A DNA stretch of 64,000 nt from Candidatus Thorarchaeota archaeon (GTDB lineage Archaea > Asgardarchaeota > Thorarchaeia > Thorarchaeales > Thorarchaeaceae): the NCBI GenBank assembly GCA_963726195.1, contig CAVSBO010000003.1, positions 451,011 to 515,010 of the forward strand. Reading direction: 5' to 3'. Below the pieces are notes generated by a model. That model did no database searches, was not told the DNA's origin, and worked only from the letters and a program-made list of their open reading frames with translations. A program made the position numbers and the translations under genes. Below, piece by piece: positions 58,279 to 64,000 of the stretch (position 1 is its first letter; the number at the start of each line of letters is the position of its first letter).

Positions 58279-60456
58279 TTGACTCCGACCGGAAAACATC
58301 CTGCAGGAAAGAAAGCCAAGAAAGCTGAAACAGCAAAGACTGCGAAGAAGGCACGTCCAGAGAAGGCCGTCAAGAAGAGCGGCTCCGTCAGGGCACCAAA
58401 GAAGCTGGCTGCGGGAAGGAAGGCAAAGAAGAGCGGCCGAGCAAAGGCTGCAAGCAAGCCTGTATCCACAAAGACTGCACCTGGAGTCGAAGTTCCAACT
58501 GAAGAGTCTGGTGAGATTCGTCAGGGTACAATAGCCAAGTTCATGCGCAAGCGAACTCAGCTTGTCGGTTTCGAAACCGGGCTCAATAAGCACACTCAGT
58601 ATGCAATTGAGTTCCTCGATAACTCCGCCGACGCAGTTGAGAGCCTATGGTGGAAACAAGAAAGAAAGCCTAGGCTCAGTGACCAGCTCGATCCGAAACT
58701 GCAAGAAGAAATCAAAGAGAGACTCAAGGATCAGCTTACGGACACAATCGCTTTCAGCAAGAAGATTGAGAAAGATGTTCGAGATGAAAAGCCCGTCGAC
58801 ATACCACCAAGACCGAAAGAGAATCTCGAAGCACACCTCACCCGATTCAGGAAATTCCTCGTACCCTTCAGGAGTTTCATCACAAAGCATGAGCCTCTTA
58901 TTGTGATTCAAGTGACAGAGGTGCTAATGCCGGACCTAGTCCCGGTCGACCAAGAAGAAGGATTCAAGGTCTACGAGTTCATTTGCTTTGACACCGGTAT
59001 CGGTATGGTTCCAGCAGACCTGGAGAGATTTGGCATCTATCTTGCATCCAGTAAGTCTGAGCATCTGAAGCAGACCAGAGGAAGTCAAGGCTTCGGTGCG
59101 CCGTCTGCTTTTAGTGATGCTCAGAACACCACTGGCAAGCCAATATTCGTGGTCACCAAGAGATTCAACAGCGACAGAACGACCGTGGCAGAATTCTACA
59201 CGACCACTGCCAACACGAAGGAGTATGTCAATGGGCCCCTAGAGATGGATCTTCCACTGGAGCATGGTACGTACGTGAAGCTCTACTATCTCAATATCCA
59301 GTACAAGCGGGGCTATGCTGATACCTATGCTGAAATGGCATCCCTCTTGGACCCACATATCACGATAGTATTCATAGACCCTTACGGGGAGATACACGTC
59401 TATCCGCGTCGAGTCGGTGCCGTCCCAGACGAACCAAAGTATGCCCAAGCCCATCCTGCGAGCATAAGAATAGGGGAGTTCCAAGACCTGCTCCGTGAGA
59501 CCACAGAACGTGACCTACAAGGATTCTTGACGAGGGGCTTCTGCAGACTCAGCTCAAACAAAGCCAATGCAATTCTGGAGAAAACAAACAAGGAACTTGG
59601 AATCCGCAAACTCGATAAGATAAGCGGCCGAACGCCTACCGATTCTCTGTCGAAGACTGAGATAGAATACCTCTACAAGTCCTTCTCGAGCGAAGAATAT
59701 ATCGCACCGCCGACTGACACTGTGGTTCCCGTGGGAGAGGAGGTCTTCGAAAAAACCATCAGGTCTGCCTTCAAGCCCGAATTCGCAGCTGCGATCACAA
59801 GGAAGCCGACCTCGGGCAAAGGGCTTTCATTCGCCGTAGAGGTATGTATCGCTTATGGCGGTGAAATAAAGTCTGCATCTTCTGCCAATGCCGTGCTTTG
59901 GAGATACGTCAACAGAGTACCCAAGCTCAGGGACAACAGCGACTGTGCCACATGGAAGGCAACCGCTTCAGTAAACTGGAAGAACTACAAGCTTGACGTA
60001 TTCGACAACGGTATACCAAGAGGACCCGTGATGCTCTTCATACATGTGTGTGGTGCTTACGTCCACGTCATGTTCAAGGGACAGAGCAAACAGGCTCTCG
60101 CGGAAGATGAGGTACTTATCAGAGAAATCAAACTCGCGCTCGAAGACACGGGAAGGAAGTTCAGGTCCTTCATCACAAAGCGGGACACTGCGCAACGCAA
60201 GGCGAAAAGAGCAGGTATTCTCGCGATGTACGCAGACCAGTTTGCTCACAGTCTGGTGACAATCGCAAATGATGGCAAACGCAAAAAGCTATACGATGCT
60301 GAAGTTGTCGCACAGAAGCTCAGGGACGCCATATCGGGCTTCGAACTTGAGGCCGATGAAGAAGAGGTTGGAATGGACGTACTCGGTGAAGAGCTGGTTT
60401 CAGGTTCCTCTGCCAGCGAAGAAGAAGGCTTCTCATCTGGGGGCAAGGATGAATAG
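58279..60456 (+). CDS. top6B: DNA topoisomerase VI subunit B with a Lys/Ala-rich N-terminal tail and an acidic C-terminal tail
   Basis: Bergerat-fold N-box EFLDNSADAVE, ATP-lid TRGSQGFGAPSA, and a transducer region. The first ~70 aa are KKAKKAETAKTAKKA... and the last ~45 aa are Glu/Asp-rich. Confidence 0.85.
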   Translation: MTPTGKHPAGKKAKKAETAKTAKKARPEKAVKKSGSVRAPKKLAAGRKAKKSGRAKAASKPVSTKTAPGVEVPTEESGEIRQGTIAKFMRKRTQLVGFETGLNKHTQYAIEFLDNSADAVESLWWKQERKPRLSDQLDPKLQEEIKERLKDQLTDTIAFSKKIEKDVRDEKPVDIPPRPKENLEAHLTRFRKFLVPFRSFITKHEPLIVIQVTEVLMPDLVPVDQEEGFKVYEFICFDTGIGMVPADLERFGIYLASSKSEHLKQTRGSQGFGAPSAFSDAQNTTGKPIFVVTKRFNSDRTTVAEFYTTTANTKEYVNGPLEMDLPLEHGTYVKLYYLNIQYKRGYADTYAEMASLLDPHITIVFIDPYGEIHVYPRRVGAVPDEPKYAQAHPASIRIGEFQDLLRETTERDLQGFLTRGFCRLSSNKANAILEKTNKELGIRKLDKISGRTPTDSLSKTEIEYLYKSFSSEEYIAPPTDTVVPVGEEVFEKTIRSAFKPEFAAAITRKPTSGKGLSFAVEVCIAYGGEIKSASSANAVLWRYVNRVPKLRDNSDCATWKATASVNWKNYKLDVFDNGIPRGPVMLFIHVCGAYVHVMFKGQSKQALAEDEVLIREIKLALEDTGRKFRSFITKRDTAQRKAKRAGILAMYADQFAHSLVTIANDGKRKKLYDAEVVAQKLRDAISGFELEADEEEVGMDVLGEELVSGSSASEEEGFSSGGKDE

Positions 60457-62672
60457 TGGCGGGAGAGAAGGAGAACAGCCAGCCTGAGCAGACCACCCTC
60501 GGAGAGCTCGTCGAACGAAAGAAGTCGGGGAAACATAAAATGAAGTCAGCGAAGAGCAACAAGCAAGCTCAGAAAGGCAGCATTGCCAGTTCACATGGCA
60601 AGAAGACCAACAAGAAACCGGATTCTGCAAAACCAAAGAAGAAACAATCCTCGAAAGCCGCGCCCACCCCGAAGGCGGCAAAGCAGAAGCTGCCCCGTGG
60701 CAAGCCCGGAAAAGAGAAGAAAGAACAAGCAACAGAAGGACTTAGCACTAAAGTTGCCCCGGCCGTTCTAGCTCAGGAGGGCACTCCTCTGAATCTCTTG
60801 CCAGGTGTGGGAGACAAGCTGAATCAGAAGCTAACCTCTGCAGGTTACGACTCAGTAGAGAAATTGTCCAAGGCGAGGGCCGATGCAGTCTCACGTAAGG
60901 TCAAGGGTCTGGACATAGAGGAAGCGAAGGAGATCATTCACACTGCCACAGAGTATCTTCATGGCAAGCTCGCTGCGGAAGAGGTGTCATTAGAGGAAGC
61001 GGCTACTCCAGCCGGTCAGACAGGCCATCCATCTGCTGGCGAGAGTGCAGCTCAGACCGGAGCCGCAAAGTCGGCTGAAGAAAGTGCGAAGGCGCCAGAA
61101 TACGATATTAAGCTCACTGAGTTGCCAGGAGTTGGCCCAAAGCTTGCCGAGAGATTCAGAGAGGCAGGATATGATTCCGTCGCACGCGTTTCGAGATCCC
61201 GTCCCGACGCTCTGGCACGTACTGTCAATGGTCTCAGCAAAGATCGCGCCAAGTCTATTGTCGCCGCTGCCAGGGAGGCTATCACCTCCAGGCAGCTCGC
61301 GGAATTAGCAGAAGAGGCTGCGAAGACACCTTCAGAGGCGAAGAAGGTCAAACCCGAAGCTGGAAGCAAGAAACGAGGGAAAGCAGAGATTCCAGAGGCA
61401 GCCATCTCACCCCTGCTGCGAAAAGCAAAATCCAAGCAGCCGATTGAGAGACACCCGAAACCCGTTACCAAAAAGTCAGGGCTCCCTGTTCCTGAGGCAG
61501 TCATTGAACTGCGAAAGGAATTGAAGGCGCGTTATCGTGCTGCGGAAAAGGCCGAAGCAGCCGCAGGAGAATCGGAAGCATCTTTCGCTCAAGGCACTGT
61601 GCAAGTCGCCAATCTCACATCGGACGAGACCATCGCAAGGTTGGTTGAAGCCGCTTTGGAGGTACTCAATGAGACAATGACCACTGGCCGTCCCTCGTTC
61701 GAGATACCGAGCAGGTCCTCTGACAACATTGTCTGGGACGAAATCAAAGACTTGCTGCTTCTTGGCATGCGCACCATATCTCGGCCCTATCACTCTCTTG
61801 CATCAGTTTTGGACGCGACAAGGACTGCCCGAGTCATGGAGATTGTCTACCAGCTTCTGAAATCCGGTCTCCATGCAACGAAAAGGGAACTCTACTATGC
61901 AGATGTCAATCTGTTCAGGGACCAGAGATACAGTGACAAAATCATTGAGGACGTTGCTTCGATGCTGCCGACAACTCGTGACAGCATCCACGTTGTGGCA
62001 GCCGCAAGAGGCTCTGCAATGGGAAGGATTGTCATTAGAGATGCAGGCGACAGAATAGACCTCACACAAATGGGTACGGGCGGGTGGGCTATAACGCCTT
62101 TCTTGGACCAGGTCGAAATAGTCGAAAGTGATGCGGAGTTCATTCTTCTTTCGGAAAAGGATGCAGCAGTCATGAGGCTGGCAGAAGCCAAGTATTGGAA
62201 CAAGCAGCCCTGCATAGTGATTACTGGGAAGGGATCAGGCGACATAGCCACGAGGGCGTTCCTCAAGACAATGGTGAAGGAGCTTGAAATCCCAGCATTC
62301 GCTCTGATGGACTCAGACCCCTACGGCCATTATATCTATTCGGTCTTTCTGAGAGGCAGCAAGCGGCTCAGCTATGAATCACCTTTCATAGCCACGCCGG
62401 AGCTCAAACTTCTGGGAGTCCTCAGTAGAGACCTAGATGAATTCAAAGTCCCGAAGAGCGTCCGCATTCCCATGGAGCCTGCTGACATCAAACGTGTGAA
62501 AGAGATGCTTAAGGAGCCGTTCGTGCAGAAGAACGATCCTTGGGTCGAAGACCTGCAGTTGATGCTGAGACTCAAAGAGAAAGCAGAGATTCAAGCTTTT
62601 GCAAGTCACGGCTTTGAGTATCTGACAGATACTTACATTCCACGGAAACTGGAAACCGGCGACTGGATTTAG
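60456..62672 (+). CDS. top6A: DNA topoisomerase VI subunit A (Spo11 family) with a ~375-aa N-terminal extension containing two HhH modules
   Basis: The C-terminal ~360 aa carry the Top6A core: catalytic-Tyr region KRELYYADVNLF and TOPRIM region ILLSEKDAA...ITGKGSGDIATRAFL...LMDSDPYGHYI. The GTG start overlaps the top6B stop (taGTG). Confidence 0.85.
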   Translation: MAGEKENSQPEQTTLGELVERKKSGKHKMKSAKSNKQAQKGSIASSHGKKTNKKPDSAKPKKKQSSKAAPTPKAAKQKLPRGKPGKEKKEQATEGLSTKVAPAVLAQEGTPLNLLPGVGDKLNQKLTSAGYDSVEKLSKARADAVSRKVKGLDIEEAKEIIHTATEYLHGKLAAEEVSLEEAATPAGQTGHPSAGESAAQTGAAKSAEESAKAPEYDIKLTELPGVGPKLAERFREAGYDSVARVSRSRPDALARTVNGLSKDRAKSIVAAAREAITSRQLAELAEEAAKTPSEAKKVKPEAGSKKRGKAEIPEAAISPLLRKAKSKQPIERHPKPVTKKSGLPVPEAVIELRKELKARYRAAEKAEAAAGESEASFAQGTVQVANLTSDETIARLVEAALEVLNETMTTGRPSFEIPSRSSDNIVWDEIKDLLLLGMRTISRPYHSLASVLDATRTARVMEIVYQLLKSGLHATKRELYYADVNLFRDQRYSDKIIEDVASMLPTTRDSIHVVAAARGSAMGRIVIRDAGDRIDLTQMGTGGWAITPFLDQVEIVESDAEFILLSEKDAAVMRLAEAKYWNKQPCIVITGKGSGDIATRAFLKTMVKELEIPAFALMDSDPYGHYIYSVFLRGSKRLSYESPFIATPELKLLGVLSRDLDEFKVPKSVRIPMEPADIKRVKEMLKEPFVQKNDPWVEDLQLMLRLKEKAEIQAFASHGFEYLTDTYIPRKLETGDWI

Positions 62673-62827
62673 AGCCCCGTCTCTCGAAACGTGAAACAAA
62701 GCTCACATCGAAGCCTTCGTTAGCACGGTCGAGAATCGTGTTATGTGGCACTAGTCAGCATTTTCATCAGAACCAGAAGTGCCTTCCTTCCGAACCAACA
62801 GCGACACGACTACGGACAGACCCTCTG

Positions 62828-63985
62828 TTAGGCCTTCCTTACCTTTCTATCAAGAGTGGCAAGCTTCCGTGAATCTCCTGCTTCTCGGAATTTCTCAGCC
62901 GCTTCCTTGTACTTAACCAGAGATTCTCTCGACTGTCCACTTTTCGCAAGTGAGTCGGCCTCTGTCTCCAGCTCCCGTCCCCATGCGGCGTAAGACTCAC
63001 GTACTCTCTCGGCGCACCTAGCCCTCTTCTTAGCATCCGTCGAAAACATGTAGAACTCTCGAGCCTTCTTGAACTGGACGATAGCCCATTCGAACTCACC
63101 TGACTTCAGATGGCGTTCACCTTGTATGCAATGAGATTCTGCGAGAGAATCGTAGCCATCATCAGCTCGTCTGGTGCTCTCTTCAACCATCTTGCCGTTT
63201 CCTGCTTTTTCAAACAGCCTCTTTGCCATCTCGAAAGATTCAATCGCACTCTCGTGTTCATTGTCCTTCAGCTTCGCCATGCCAAACTCAAGTCTAGCCC
63301 TGCCCATCGCATCATAGACATACGGCGGATACTCGAACTCGTCTTGAGTAATGACCGCACCACACTTGGGGCACGAAGGCGTCTCCAGCTCGGGCATTGA
63401 GATCGTAGTTCCAATCTTGGTCGGTTTGCCAACAACCGCGTCGATGAAATCGCGGCTCGTGACTCCCCGGCCTTCTGGGAACAGGTGCGCGACCGCAGCC
63501 TTCGTAGAGACTGTGCTCATTTCTGCTTCTGGATGGTGACGCGCTTCCTCATCACTGACCTCCGGTGCCTCAGATACAACCTTCGGCGGCGCCACCTCTT
63601 GAAACGGATTGCCTTCCTTGACATCGCTGCTTTCAATCTCTTTTGTGACAGGATACTCCCACGTAAGGGTCGTATCCTCTTGAGAGTGGGGAATCCGTTT
63701 TTCTTCCTGCCGCGCTGCTGGCGCTGGAGCAGCGGCTACGGGGGTTGCCTTCTTTCCAGTCGCGACCTGGGCTCCAGAGTCTGGCACTTGGGCGTCGTCT
63801 GAATCCCAATCAGACAGTAGGTTCTCGAACTCCTCGTCATTTGTCAGCTGGTCTGAATCGGCACCAGCAGGGAGTTCTCCAAGGTCCGATTCTTCTAATG
63901 CCGGGAGAGTAGCTGAATCCTGTTTGCTGGACGATGCGCTCTGTGCCGTTGCCGTCTCCTTGGCCTCGTCCAACATTCCCAGCAT
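62828..63985 (-). CDS. Hypothetical protein: acidic disordered N-terminus, zinc ribbon-like CPKCG, and C-terminal TPR-like helical repeats
   Basis: Long ORF with normal codon composition. The frame is still open upstream of the ATG at 63985 to the window edge, so the start is uncertain. Confidence 0.5.
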   Translation of the reverse strand: MLGMLDEAKETATAQSASSSKQDSATLPALEESDLGELPAGADSDQLTNDEEFENLLSDWDSDDAQVPDSGAQVATGKKATPVAAAPAPAARQEEKRIPHSQEDTTLTWEYPVTKEIESSDVKEGNPFQEVAPPKVVSEAPEVSDEEARHHPEAEMSTVSTKAAVAHLFPEGRGVTSRDFIDAVVGKPTKIGTTISMPELETPSCPKCGAVITQDEFEYPPYVYDAMGRARLEFGMAKLKDNEHESAIESFEMAKRLFEKAGNGKMVEESTRRADDGYDSLAESHCIQGERHLKSGEFEWAIVQFKKAREFYMFSTDAKKRARCAERVRESYAAWGRELETEADSLAKSGQSRESLVKYKEAAEKFREAGDSRKLATLDRKVRKA

Positions 63986-64000
63986 CCTGTCCTCGAGGTT

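Overview
This is an archaeal chromosomal segment of roughly 50% GC. The archaeal call rests on topoisomerase VI A and B, F420 ligase CofE, an FprA-type flavodiiron protein with rubrerythrin, TATA-like promoters, and surface proteins rich in N-glycosylation sequons; the lineage cannot be determined from sequence alone. Content from left to right:
- Two large surface proteins: a family-5 solute-binding protein cut by the window edge, and an LVIVD-repeat propeller.
- Threonine and amino-acid metabolism genes: a saccharopine-dehydrogenase-like protein, threonine dehydratase and L-threonine dehydrogenase.
- A low-GC single-gene cassette bracketed by a perfect 36-bp direct repeat.
- An Opp/Dpp-type peptide ABC transporter locus: oppF, oppD, oppC and oppB on the minus strand, a divergent binding protein, and one orphan ATPase.
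- Two paralogous non-canonical carbamoyltransferase genes that were probably once adjacent. They are now separated by an 8.8-kb island flanked by diverged direct repeats made of the 3-prime end of that gene.
- The island itself, which carries an M6-type metalloprotease, membrane-protein plus HEPN-like modules, an OLD-family ATPase/TOPRIM nuclease and an odd tRNA.
- A penicillin-acylase-family gene, oxidative-stress genes, a P-type ATPase, MFS transporters, hbd and cofE.
- A topoisomerase VI operon in which both subunits carry unusual lysine-rich or helix-hairpin-helix N-terminal extensions.

Caveat: about 20 genes are split by single-nucleotide frameshifts, yet conserved motifs continue in the shifted frame. 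The sequence therefore either contains many small indel errors or the lineage carries many very recent pseudogenes. No CRISPR array, rRNA or recognisable integrase/transposase was found.
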